Origin: Actinomycetes bacterium
GTDB taxonomy: Bacteria; Actinomycetota; Acidimicrobiia; Acidimicrobiales; Bog-793
Direction of reading: 5' to 3'
NCBI GenBank assembly: GCA_021798985.1
Contig: JAJZBI010000001.1
Span: forward strand, 128,194 to 192,193
DNA length: 64,000 bases
The notes under the pieces were generated by a model. The model searched no databases. It saw only the letters and a program-made list of their open reading frames with translations, and was not told the DNA's origin. Below, piece after piece: positions 21,243-29,317 of the stretch (position 1 is the first letter of the stretch; every line of letters starts with the position of its first letter). The position numbers and the translations under genes are program-made.

Positions 21243-21428
21243 TCAGCCGCCCTCTGGCCTCCCGACGTGCCAGCCGGCGCTCGAGGTGGAGCGCCGCTCG
21301 AAGAACAGGCAGTCCTCGGGGCAGGAGAACGGCAGCGCGTCGGCAGCGTCCAGCCGGCAGCGTTCGGTGCGCTCGGCGCCGCGGACGCTCTGCATGATGT
21401 AGTGACGGCAGTCCTCGCGCGCTGGCAC
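21243..21428 (-). CDS. Small conserved-looking Cys4 protein (hypothetical, 61 aa)
   Basis: Codon-by-codon reading shows strongly GC-rich third positions and a non-Arg-biased composition. Cysteine spacing is C-x17-C-x12-C-x3-C (CRHY..CRLD..SCPEDCLFFE). No family name is recalled with certainty. Confidence 0.55.
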   Translation of the reverse strand: MPAREDCRHYIMQSVRGAERTERCRLDAADALPFSCPEDCLFFERRSTSSAGWHVGRPEGG

Positions 21429-21440
21429 GGACCCATGCTC

Positions 21441-21494
21441 GCGCAGGTCGCTCAGCGCTTGCCGCGCAGGTCGCTCAGCGCTTGCCGCGCAGGT
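21441..21494. repeat. 23-bp tandem direct repeat, 2.3 copies (GCGCAGGTCGCTCAGCGCTTGCC)
   Basis: 21441..21463 and 21464..21486 are identical, and 21487..21494 is a partial third copy. Copy 2 carries the stop codon of the PAC2-family gene. Confidence 0.9.
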
Positions 21495-22368
21495 AGCGCT
21501 CGATCTCCTCGGCGAGTCCCTCCAAGCCGCCGTCTGACACCGCGCCCTCAGCGCTCGGGTCCTCCATCTCCTCGAGCCGGGCGACGTAGGCGGCGACGTT
21601 CTCGTCCTCTTCGACGAGCTCGTCCATGCGCCGCTCGTACTCGCGGGCCTGCTCCTCGAGGTCGTCCAGCACCGCCTGGCGGTCGAGCACCAGTGCTGCC
21701 GCCCGCGCCAGGGCGAGCGCCGCTTTGGCCGACACCGGGAGCGAGTACGCGGGCACGCTCGCCCACAGCGAGGTCGTCTCGATGCCGGCCTGGCCGAGCT
21801 CCTCGCCGAGCACGCCGACGATCCCGGTCGGTCCCTCGTAGCGGGTGGAGGCGAGGCCGTAGCGCTGGAGAAGGCCCTCGAGGGTGGAGCTGCCGCTCAA
21901 GGGGACCGGGCGGCTGTGGGTCACCTCGGAGAGGTAGGCGCCGAGCATCACGGCACGGCGCACCCCGAGGCCCTTGGCGAGCTCGACCACCGTGTCGCAG
22001 TAGGTCTGCCAGTGCAGGTGCGGCTCGGGGCCGCGCAGCACGATGAGATCCTCGTCCTCGGCACGCAGCGTGGCAATCGACAAGGTGGTCGCTGGCCAGC
22101 TGATGCGGCGCGTCTCGCCCTCGACGATGCTCACCTCCGGCCGCGCCTGGGTGAAGTCGAAGAACTCCTCGGGGTCGACCTCGGCGAAGGGGACGGCCCG
22201 GAAGCTCTCGGCGAGCGCGGATGCCGCCGTCGAGGCGGCGTCGCCGGCATCGTTCCATCCCTCGAAGGCGGCGAGCAGGACCGGCCGGCGCAGCGGGGGC
22301 CGGCGCATGAAGCGCACCGATCGCGAGAAGCCGCTGCTTCGCCGGTGCCAGAACCGCACGCGTGCCAT
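21475..22368 (-). CDS. PAC2 (proteasome assembly chaperone 2-like) family protein
   Basis: In-frame part of ORF 21475..22794. ATG at 22368 is preceded by GGAGGAAGGAGGA. LLAAFEGWNDAGDAAS, LRGPEPHLHW and YEGPTGIVGVL are typical of actinobacterial PAC2 proteins (Rv2125-like). Confidence 0.8.
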   Translation of the reverse strand: MARVRFWHRRSSGFSRSVRFMRRPPLRRPVLLAAFEGWNDAGDAASTAASALAESFRAVPFAEVDPEEFFDFTQARPEVSIVEGETRRISWPATTLSIATLRAEDEDLIVLRGPEPHLHWQTYCDTVVELAKGLGVRRAVMLGAYLSEVTHSRPVPLSGSSTLEGLLQRYGLASTRYEGPTGIVGVLGEELGQAGIETTSLWASVPAYSLPVSAKAALALARAAALVLDRQAVLDDLEEQAREYERRMDELVEEDENVAAYVARLEEMEDPSAEGAVSDGGLEGLAEEIERYLRGKR

Positions 22369-22447
22369 CGGTCCTCCTTCCTCCAGCGAGCCTACCGGCG
22401 GTGCCCGGGCCGTGGCGGCAGGGTGAGCGCGCCTACAGTGGCCGCCG

Positions 22448-22891
22448 ATGACCGACGCCGTCGTGGTCGAGGCGCTTGAGCAGGTGGGCGCAGAGGAGAC
22501 GGCCGCGCTCGCCCGGCTGTTGCCGCAGCTGTCTTCCTCGGCACCACCGCTCGATGCGGCGAGCCTCGCCACGGTCGCCGGGCACGCCGCCAACACGGTC
22601 TTCGTCGCTCGCAGCAACGGCGAGATCATCGGTGCCTGCCTCCTCGTCGTCTTCCCGACCACCGCCGGGGTGCGGGCACTGCTCGAAGATGTGGTCGTCG
22701 ACAGCGAGCGCCGCGGGGGAGGCATCGGCTCGGCACTCGTCAACGCCGCGATCGCCGGCGCGCGGGCGGCTGGGGCAAAGACACTCGACCTCACCTCGCG
22801 CCCGAGCCGGGAGGCGGCGAACCGCCTCTATGCACGCTGTGGCTTCGAGCGGCGCGAGACCAATGTCTGGCGTCGGGAGCTGCGAAGCTGA
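22448..22891 (+). CDS. GNAT family N-acetyltransferase
   Basis: Acetyl-CoA binding motif ERRGGGIGSALV and a C-terminal NRLYARCGFE. Confidence 0.85.
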   Translation: MTDAVVVEALEQVGAEETAALARLLPQLSSSAPPLDAASLATVAGHAANTVFVARSNGEIIGACLLVVFPTTAGVRALLEDVVVDSERRGGGIGSALVNAAIAGARAAGAKTLDLTSRPSREAANRLYARCGFERRETNVWRRELRS

Positions 22892-23021
22892 ATCCGTCGT
22901 TGGCGGGGCCAACGGGTCTCGGGCGTCCCCGGCGCTGCGGGGCAGATGGCTGGACCGAGATGGGCCAGCAATCTAGTCCGATTCGGGACTGATAGTGATA
23001 GCTGTATAAACGCGGATCGGA

Positions 23022-23560
23022 CTAAGCGGGGAAGTTCGGCAACCACTGCTTCATGAACTGATCGAACATCGGCACCGTGAATTCGATCTCGCCCCACCGT
23101 GGCGAATAGCAGCGCCTTTTTCATGAGGCCATCGCGAACCGGGCCGAGCGCCGTGATCTTCCTTCCAAGGACCTGGGCGACATCGGACGAGCGGACGGCG
23201 CCCGGGCCACACTCCGCCATAGCTCGCAGGTACGCACGCTCCGCATCGCTCGTGCGCCCGATGCGCACCCGAAAGAAGCCGTCGTCCAACTCTGCCGTGG
23301 CAGCTGGAAGACTTTGCTCGACATCGTCGAGGGTGATCTCGCTCGGACCGTCCGCTGCGTCCCACGCCTGCTTGCCGAATTCCTGAAGAAAGTAAGGATA
23401 TCCGCCCGTTACCTCGAGCACGCGGACGATCGCGTCGTCATTCCAGCGAACACTCTCATCGCGTGCGGGAAGCGTCAGCGCATCGCTGGACTGCTCAGGA
23501 GACAGCGAGCCGATCGTCGGGTACCGAAACATTCGCTCGGCGTCGCACGCGCCGGAGCGG
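23022..23560 (-). pseudogene. Remnant of an AAA/ATP-binding protein (Arch_ATPase/ORC-like family): N-terminally truncated and frameshifted near its 3' end
   Basis: ORF 22828..23832 contains only the C-terminal half (AERMFRYPTIGSLSPEQSSDALTLPA..VLEVTGGYPYFLQEFGKQAWD), with no Walker A upstream. Near 23095 the family-like C-terminus YSPRWGEIEFTVPMFDQFMKQWLPNFPA* continues in the +1 frame (stop at 23022..23024). The listed frame runs into nonsense instead. Confidence 0.6.
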
Positions 23561-23825
23561 ATGAGAAACGGTCGTCGCCACGGTCCGGCGACGGTGCCGG
23601 ATCGCAATCGCCTGCGACGCCACCGACATGGGCGGCACCGGCGGTCGGTCGGTCGGTCGCCGACGACCTGCCCCCGACCACCCGAGGGGCGGCTGCTTGC
23701 GCGACGGTCCGCCGATCGCCTGGTGAGCGGGCTTCGACGATCGAAGCGCCCGCTGGCGACCACTCCGACCTCGTCCTCGGCACGGAATCCTCGTGGCCCG
23801 GTACGCACTGCGAGGCTGAGCGACC

Positions 23826-23860
23826 ACATCATAGCATCAAATATTGTGATGCTATGATGT
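23826..23860. promoter_or_regulatory. Perfect 14-7-14 palindrome, candidate VapB autoregulatory operator/promoter
   Basis: ACATCATAGCATCA-AATATTG-TGATGCTATGATGT is AT-rich in a GC-rich genome and ends 4 nt before the vapB ATG. Confidence 0.7.
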
Positions 23861-23864
23861 GCGG

Positions 23865-24113
23865 ATGCGTACGACAGTGACCCTCGACCCCGACGTCGAA
23901 CAGCTGATTCGGCGGCGGATGGGCGAGCGCGGGCAGTCGTTCAAGGAGGCCCTCAACGACACGGTGCGCGAGGGCCTCCGAGCCCGTCGCTCGGAGTTCT
24001 CGACGCCCGTGCACGAGATGGGGCAGCCGGGCGTGGTGCTCGACCGGGCGTTGCGACTCGCCGGCGACCTCGAGGACGAGGAATTGGTCCGCCGCGAGCG
24101 CCGGGGGTCGTGA
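23865..24113 (+). CDS. vapB: Type II antitoxin, VapB-like (ribbon-helix-helix type N-terminus)
   Basis: MRTTVTLDPDVEQLIRRRMGERGQSFKEALNDTVREGL. It is small and lies immediately upstream of a PIN toxin with a 4-nt gap. Confidence 0.8.
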   Translation: MRTTVTLDPDVEQLIRRRMGERGQSFKEALNDTVREGLRARRSEFSTPVHEMGQPGVVLDRALRLAGDLEDEELVRRERRGS

Positions 24114-24117
24114 GCCG

Positions 24118-24546
24118 GTGGAGATCGTTGACGCCAACGTCTTGATCTACGCCGTCAATGCCGATGCCCGGCATCACGACCGGTCCCGACGTTGGCTCGA
24201 CGGAGCGCTGTCGGGTGGGAGCACGGTGGGATTCGCTTGGGTGGTGCTGCTCGCCTTCCTGCGGCTATCGACCAAGTCCGAGGTGTTTCCACGGCCACTC
24301 ACCCCCGACGGCGCGATGGACGTCGTCGACGCCTGGCTCTCTGCGCCCGCAGCGGTGATCATCGAACCCACCCGTGAACATCCGCGGGTGCTGCGTCGGC
24401 TGCTTGGCGAGCTTGGCACGGGCGCCAACTTGACGAACGACGCGCACCTCGCCGCCCTGAGCATCGAGCACCGGTGCGCCATCGTCTCTTTCGACAGTGA
24501 CTTCGGCCGGTTCGCCGGCGTGACCTGCCGCACGCCACCGCATTGA
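24118..24546 (+). CDS. vapC: Type II toxin VapC (PIN domain ribonuclease)
   Basis: VEIVDANVLIYAV (first acidic residue), NDAHLAALS, and the FDSDF C-terminal motif. Confidence 0.85.
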   Translation: MEIVDANVLIYAVNADARHHDRSRRWLDGALSGGSTVGFAWVVLLAFLRLSTKSEVFPRPLTPDGAMDVVDAWLSAPAAVIIEPTREHPRVLRRLLGELGTGANLTNDAHLAALSIEHRCAIVSFDSDFGRFAGVTCRTPPH

Positions 24547-24655
24547 CCCACCGCCGGGTGTCTCTTGAGGCGTTTCGCCACGCCGTTCGGGAGAGGAACG
24601 TGTACCGCTACGAGCTGCGCCGCTGAGCGCCGCGTTTGCACCATGGCATCACGGA

Positions 24656-24765
24656 AGGTGACGCGTACCCCGCCGCTGAGCGTCAAGCACGGCTGCGTTG
24701 TCGTCTCTTTCGACAGTGACTTCGGGCGGTTCGCCGGCGTGACCTGGCGCACGCCACCGGCTGAC
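24656..24765 (+). pseudogene. Fragment of a second vapC (3' end only, frameshifted)
   Basis: GDAYPAA then, one frame over, LSVKHGCVVVSFDSDFGRFAGVTWRTPP parallels NDAHLAALSIEHRCAIVSFDSDFGRFAGVTCRTPP of the intact vapC. The nucleotide repeat 24694..24766 closely matches 24478..24550. Confidence 0.6.
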
Positions 24766-25066
24766 CCACCGCCGACCCGACGAGCCGCCGCCCGTCGGGA
24801 TGCCGGAGGTCGCCACTGCCGGATCGCTGTTGCGCTGCTTCGCCACGCCGCCTAGGAGCGGTACGTCCCCACCACTTCGACCTCGCCATGAAGCGCCGCG
24901 CCCAAAGGATCTCCGCCCCCGCCACGACCAAGAATCCGCCGCGCGCGAGGCGCCAGGGCCCCAACGCCGCCCGTGGATCCGCGCCCCATGGACCAGCCCC
25001 GAGGGGGCGCTGGCGTGCGCGGGGCCGGCGGCACCAGCGCCTTGCCGCCGACCCAGTGCCCGCCCG

Positions 25067-25843
25067 CTACCAGAGGCTGTAACCACCATCGGCGACGAGG
25101 GTCTCGCCGGTGACAAAGCTGGCGGCGTCCGAGGCGAGGAAGACCACCGCCGCCGCCACCTCAGCCGGCTCGCCGAGCCGCCCGAGCGGCGTGCCGCCGA
25201 CCCAGTAGTCGCGCATCGTGTCGGTGCCGAGGAAGCCCTGGATGAGGCTGGTGTTGATGTAGCCGGGCGCGACCGCGTTGACGCGCACGCCACGGGGTGC
25301 CCACTCAGCGGCCAGCGACTTGGTGAGCATGATCACGCCGGCCTTGGCGACGTTGTAGGCGACCTGGGGCTGGGGCCGGTTGACGATCAGCCCGGACATC
25401 GACGCGATCGAGACGACGGCGCCCCGCCCGGCCGCCAGCATGGGCGCCGCGAAGAGCTGGGTGCAGTAAAAGACGCCGGAGAGATTGATCTGGATCATCC
25501 GGTCCCACTCGGCGACGCTCATCTCCTCTGCCGGTGCGTTGTAGGCGATGCCGGCGTTGTTGATGAGCGTGTCCACGGTGCCAAAACGCGCCTCGAGCTC
25601 GCGCTTGGCCCCCGCAAGCGCCTCATGGGAAGAGACGTCGGCGACCACCGTGGTGAGCGGATCGCGGCCCTTGGCGCCGAGCGAGCTCGCCGCCTCGGTG
25701 AGCCCCGCCTCGTCCCGGTCCAAGATCGCCACTGCGGCGCCCGCCTCGAGCGCCGCCTCGGCGATCGCGTAGCCGATCCCCCGCGCCGCGCCCGTCACGA
25801 GCACGCGCCGCCCCTTGAGACGGCCGGCTTCGTCGCTAGTCAT
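25067..25843 (-). CDS. SDR family oxidoreductase
   Basis: TGAARGIG cofactor motif, NNAG, and the YNVAKAG catalytic Y-x3-K. Confidence 0.88.
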   Translation of the reverse strand: MTSDEAGRLKGRRVLVTGAARGIGYAIAEAALEAGAAVAILDRDEAGLTEAASSLGAKGRDPLTTVVADVSSHEALAGAKRELEARFGTVDTLINNAGIAYNAPAEEMSVAEWDRMIQINLSGVFYCTQLFAAPMLAAGRGAVVSIASMSGLIVNRPQPQVAYNVAKAGVIMLTKSLAAEWAPRGVRVNAVAPGYINTSLIQGFLGTDTMRDYWVGGTPLGRLGEPAEVAAAVVFLASDAASFVTGETLVADGGYSLW

Positions 25844-25855
25844 CGCACTCCTCTC

Positions 25856-26512
25856 TCATCGCGCCGGGCCCGTCCCGGACGCGCATTGCTGGCGTTCATC
25901 GCGCGCCGGCGCGGCGCGCGGGGAGAGCCGGCGGACCCACGGGCCCGCCTCGTCGACCGTGAAGTCCGCGGCGAGCTCGCCGACCAGCTCCCCCGCCGGC
26001 GCGCGCCCCGGATCGGCGAGGAGCACCGGGGCGCCAAGGGCGCGCAGGAGGGCCGCGAGCGGCGCGACGTTGCGCCGCTCGTAACAGACGTCGGCGGCGA
26101 GCACGAGGTCGAACGGTGCTCTGGCGAGCACTTCGGTGGGATAGCGCCAGTCGACGCGCCGCGCCTCGAGTCCGACCTTGTTGTGCGCGGCGTTGGCGCG
26201 GAGCAGTTCGATCGCGTCGCCGGACCAGTCCGTGGCGAGCACCTCAGCGCCGCGGCGCGCGCAGCACAGGCTCGGTACCCCGAGTCCGCAGCCGAGCTCG
26301 AGCACGCGCTCGCCTGCGAGGTCAGCTGGCAGCGTCCGGCACAGGCGCTCGCTCGCCGGCCAGCGCTCGGCCCAGTAGGGGAGGTACTCGTCCTCGCCGA
26401 AGGACTCCTCACTGATCAAGCTGGCCGGGTCGCGGGGCCGGCGCACGAGGAACTCGCCCGCGGGGGTGTCGACCCGCTCCTCGACGAGCTCTGCTGCGGC
26501 GAAGGGCTGCAC
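25856..26512 (-). CDS. Class I SAM-dependent methyltransferase (Methyltransf_16/protein-lysine MTase-like)
   Basis: LPYWAERWPAS..VLELGCGLGVPSL (motif I), then DLVLAADVCYE. Confidence 0.75.
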   Translation of the reverse strand: MQPFAAAELVEERVDTPAGEFLVRRPRDPASLISEESFGEDEYLPYWAERWPASERLCRTLPADLAGERVLELGCGLGVPSLCCARRGAEVLATDWSGDAIELLRANAAHNKVGLEARRVDWRYPTEVLARAPFDLVLAADVCYERRNVAPLAALLRALGAPVLLADPGRAPAGELVGELAADFTVDEAGPWVRRLSPRAAPARDERQQCASGTGPAR

Positions 26513-26654
26513 CCGTGCAGTTGACCCGATCCGCGGCGGACGCGCCAGTGCGACGTGGGGCGCCGGCTGTCGTGAGAGGCCGATGCGGGCTTAGGATCGC
26601 CAGCGGTTTCCGGCATCGGGGGGACACGAGGCGCCGGGGGAAAGGAGGAACGAG

Positions 26655-27923
26655 GTGCCAGAGAGCATCACGATTACCGACAATCGGACCGGCCAGGCCA
26701 TCGAGATCCCGATCGTCGAGGGTGGCGTCAGCGCAGCGGAGTGGTCCAAGCTGCTGCCCGGGTTGTGGTTCTACGACCCGGGCTTTTCTGCGACCGCCGA
26801 GTGCGAGAGCGCCATCACCTACATCGACGGGGAGGCCGGGATCCTCGAGTACCGCGGCTACCCGATCGAGCAGCTCGCCGAGCAGGCGACTTATCTCGAG
26901 GTCGCCTACCTGCTCTTGAAGGGCGAGCTGCCCACCCAGGCCCAGCTCGGCACGTTCGTCGAGGAGGTGACCGGCCACACCTTCATCCACGAGAACGTGA
27001 AGCGCTTCCTCGCGGGCTTCCACTACGACGCCCACCCGATGGGGATGCTCGTCTCCGAAGTCGGGGCGCTGTCGACCTTCTACCCCGACGCCAAGGACAT
27101 CGAGGACCCCGCCACGCGCTGGAGCCACACGGTCCGCCTGATCGCCAAGATGCCGACGCTGGCCGCCGCCACACACCGCTTTTGCGCCGGACGGCCCTTC
27201 GTCTATCCGGACGCGTCGCTGAGCTTTGCCGAGAACTTCCTCTCGATGATGTGGCAGACCTCCGGGCAGCCCTTCGAGGCCGACCCGGCGCTCGTGCGGG
27301 CAATCGAGCTGCTGTTCATCCTGCACGCGGACCACGAGCAGAACTGCTCGACGACCACGATGCGGGTCGTCGGCTCGGCGCACGCCGATCCGTACTCGGC
27401 CGTGGCCGCCGCCTGCGCCGCCCTCTACGGCCCGCGCCACGGCGGCGCCAACGAGGCCGTGCTGCGCATGTTGACCTCGATCGGCACGCTCGACGAGGTC
27501 CCCGCCTTCGTCCAGTCCGTCAAGGAGGGCCACGGCCGGCTCCAGGGCTTCGGGCACCGCGTCTACAAGAACTACGACCCGCGGGCCAAGATCATCCGCA
27601 AGGCGGCCTACGACGTCTTCGAGGTCACGGGCAAGAACCCCCTGCTCGACATCGCCCTCAAGCTCGAGGAGGTGGCGCTCGCGGACGACTACTTCATCTC
27701 GCGGCGCCTCTACCCGAATGTCGACTTCTACTCCGGCCTCATCTACCAAGCCCTCGGCTTTCCTGTCGAGATGTTCCCGGTGCTGTTCGCGATCCCGCGC
27801 ACCTCGGGCTGGCTCGCCCACTGGAACGAGATGCTCGACCACAAGACCAAGATCGCTCGGCCGCGCCAGCTCTACACCGGCAGCCCGCGGCGCGACTTCG
27901 TGCCCCTGTCCGAGCGCGGCTAG
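26655..27923 (+). CDS. gltA: Citrate synthase (type II)
   Basis: GTG start follows AAGGAGG. YRGYPIEQL, HADHEQNCSTTT and GFGHRVYKNYDPRA motifs are present. Confidence 0.93.
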   Translation: MPESITITDNRTGQAIEIPIVEGGVSAAEWSKLLPGLWFYDPGFSATAECESAITYIDGEAGILEYRGYPIEQLAEQATYLEVAYLLLKGELPTQAQLGTFVEEVTGHTFIHENVKRFLAGFHYDAHPMGMLVSEVGALSTFYPDAKDIEDPATRWSHTVRLIAKMPTLAAATHRFCAGRPFVYPDASLSFAENFLSMMWQTSGQPFEADPALVRAIELLFILHADHEQNCSTTTMRVVGSAHADPYSAVAAACAALYGPRHGGANEAVLRMLTSIGTLDEVPAFVQSVKEGHGRLQGFGHRVYKNYDPRAKIIRKAAYDVFEVTGKNPLLDIALKLEEVALADDYFISRRLYPNVDFYSGLIYQALGFPVEMFPVLFAIPRTSGWLAHWNEMLDHKTKIARPRQLYTGSPRRDFVPLSERG

Positions 27924-28036
27924 CCGGGGAGACCGGTCCGAAAATCTCGTCGACCATCTCTGGCGCGCATGGCCGCGATGCGATAAACAGATGCGGCCGG
28001 CCGGAGGGGGACCGGTTCCACGAGGGGGGATCTGAG

Positions 28037-28065
28037 ACGGCCCGCTGGCACTGCCAGCGGGCCGT
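28037..28065. terminator. Bidirectional hairpin terminator between convergent gltA and rlmB
   Basis: ACGGCCCGCTGGC-ACT-GCCAGCGGGCCGT is a perfect 13-bp stem. Confidence 0.7.
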
Positions 28066-28079
28066 TGTCGCGTCCCGGC

Positions 28080-28826
28080 TCAGGCGCGCTTGCGGGCGAC
28101 GGTGAAGCAGGCGATCGCCGCCGCCGCGGCGACATTCAAGGACTCGAGCGGCCCGACGAGCGGGATCTGGCACAGCACCTCGCAGCGGCTGCGCACGAGT
28201 GGTGAGAGCCCGGCGCCCTCGGCCCCAAAGACGAGCGCCACGGCGGCGTCGAGGACGTTGACGGCCTCGAGATCCACCGCGGCGCCGGCCTCCAGGCCGA
28301 CCGTCCAGACCTTGAGTCGCGCGAGGTCCCTCAGCGCGGCCGGGACGCCGGCGACGAGCGCAAAGCGCACGTGCTCCACGGCGCCCGCCGCCGCCTTGCA
28401 CGCCGCCGGGCTGAGGTGGGCGCCACGGTGGCGCCCGAGCACCACGCCCGTCGCCCCGGCCCCGACCGCGCTGCGAAGGATCGCGCCGAGGTTGTGCGGG
28501 TCGGTGACCTGGTCGAGCACCACCAAGAAGGGAGGCGCCCCGCCCGGCCCGGGGCGGGCGAGCGCTTCGAGGGGGGTCGGCGAGATCGGTGCCGCCTTGG
28601 CGATCACGCCCTGGGGCACCTCGGTGCGCGCCAGCCGGGCGAAGCTCGCCGCATCGAGGCGGCGGACCCGGACCCCACGATCGCGCGCCAGGGCGACGAG
28701 CTCGTCGGTGCCCGGGCCGGGCACGGCCAGCAGCTCGCTCACCCGGCGGGTGCCGTGGGCGAGGAGCTCGGCGACCGCGTGGCGGCCCTCGACCTGGTCG
28801 CCGCCGAGGCCGCCCTCAGCACTCAC
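28080..28826 (-). CDS. rlmB: 23S rRNA (guanosine-2'-O-)-methyltransferase RlmB / TrmH family
   Basis: In-frame part of ORF 28080..29213. The GTG at 28826 forms a GTGA overlap with the ispF stop. VEGRHAVAELL, LDQVTDPHNLGAILRSA, FGAEGAGL and ESLNVAAAAA are SpoU motifs. Confidence 0.85.
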   Translation of the reverse strand: MSAEGGLGGDQVEGRHAVAELLAHGTRRVSELLAVPGPGTDELVALARDRGVRVRRLDAASFARLARTEVPQGVIAKAAPISPTPLEALARPGPGGAPPFLVVLDQVTDPHNLGAILRSAVGAGATGVVLGRHRGAHLSPAACKAAAGAVEHVRFALVAGVPAALRDLARLKVWTVGLEAGAAVDLEAVNVLDAAVALVFGAEGAGLSPLVRSRCEVLCQIPLVGPLESLNVAAAAAIACFTVARKRA

Positions 28827-29317
28827 CGGGCGGCAGTGCGCGTGACGAGCGCCACGGCCAAGCACGCCAGCCCCTCGACCCGCCCCAGGCTGCCGAGGCG
28901 CTCGGGCCGCGTCGCCTTGACGCTCACCGGCCCGCCAGCGGCCGCGCTCAGCCGGGCCACCATCTCCTCGCGATGGGCGGCGACCTTCGGTCGCTCGCCG
29001 ACGAGGGTGCAGTCGGCATTCGCGAGCGACCAGCCCGCCGCCTCGACCAGGCCAGCCACGCCGCGCAGGAGCTCGATGCTGTTGGCACCGGAAAAGCTCG
29101 GATCGGTGTCGGGAAAGTGTGCGCCCAGGTCGCCGAGCCCCGCCGCGCCGAGCATGGCGTCGGCGACGGCGTGGGCGATGACATCGGCGTCGCTGTGGCC
29201 CTCGAGCGGGCACTCACCGGGGAAGGTCACGCCCCCGAGCACGAGCGGGCGGCCGGGCGGTGGCTCGAGGGCGAAGGGGTGGACGTCGACCCCGAGCCCG
29301 ACGCGCTGGTCGGTCAT
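28823..29317 (-). CDS. ispF: 2-C-methyl-D-erythritol 2,4-cyclodiphosphate synthase
   Basis: GLGVDVHPF, GHSDADVIAHAV and DLGAHFPDTDP motifs. Confidence 0.93.
   Translation of the reverse strand: MTDQRVGLGVDVHPFALEPPPGRPLVLGGVTFPGECPLEGHSDADVIAHAVADAMLGAAGLGDLGAHFPDTDPSFSGANSIELLRGVAGLVEAAGWSLANADCTLVGERPKVAAHREEMVARLSAAAGGPVSVKATRPERLGSLGRVEGLACLAVALVTRTAAR

Noticed and set aside
21441-21494. Possible CRISPR or other arrayed repeats
   Set aside because: There are only 2.3 directly abutting copies of a 23-mer with no spacers. No other regularly spaced repeats or cas genes occur in the window.
23560-23832. Upstream part of ORF 22828..23832 as the N-terminus of the ATPase
   Set aside because: No Walker A or B motif appears in any of the three minus frames, and the sequence is Arg-rich with GGTC repeats. 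I treated it as non-coding decay rather than part of a functional gene.
24860-25066. Possible small gene in the about 200-nt gap between the vapC fragment and the SDR gene (ORFs 24888..25082 plus strand, 24683..24964 minus strand)
   Set aside because: All frames are Arg/Pro/Gly-rich with no motif or RBS. It is more likely decayed or intergenic sequence of the islet.
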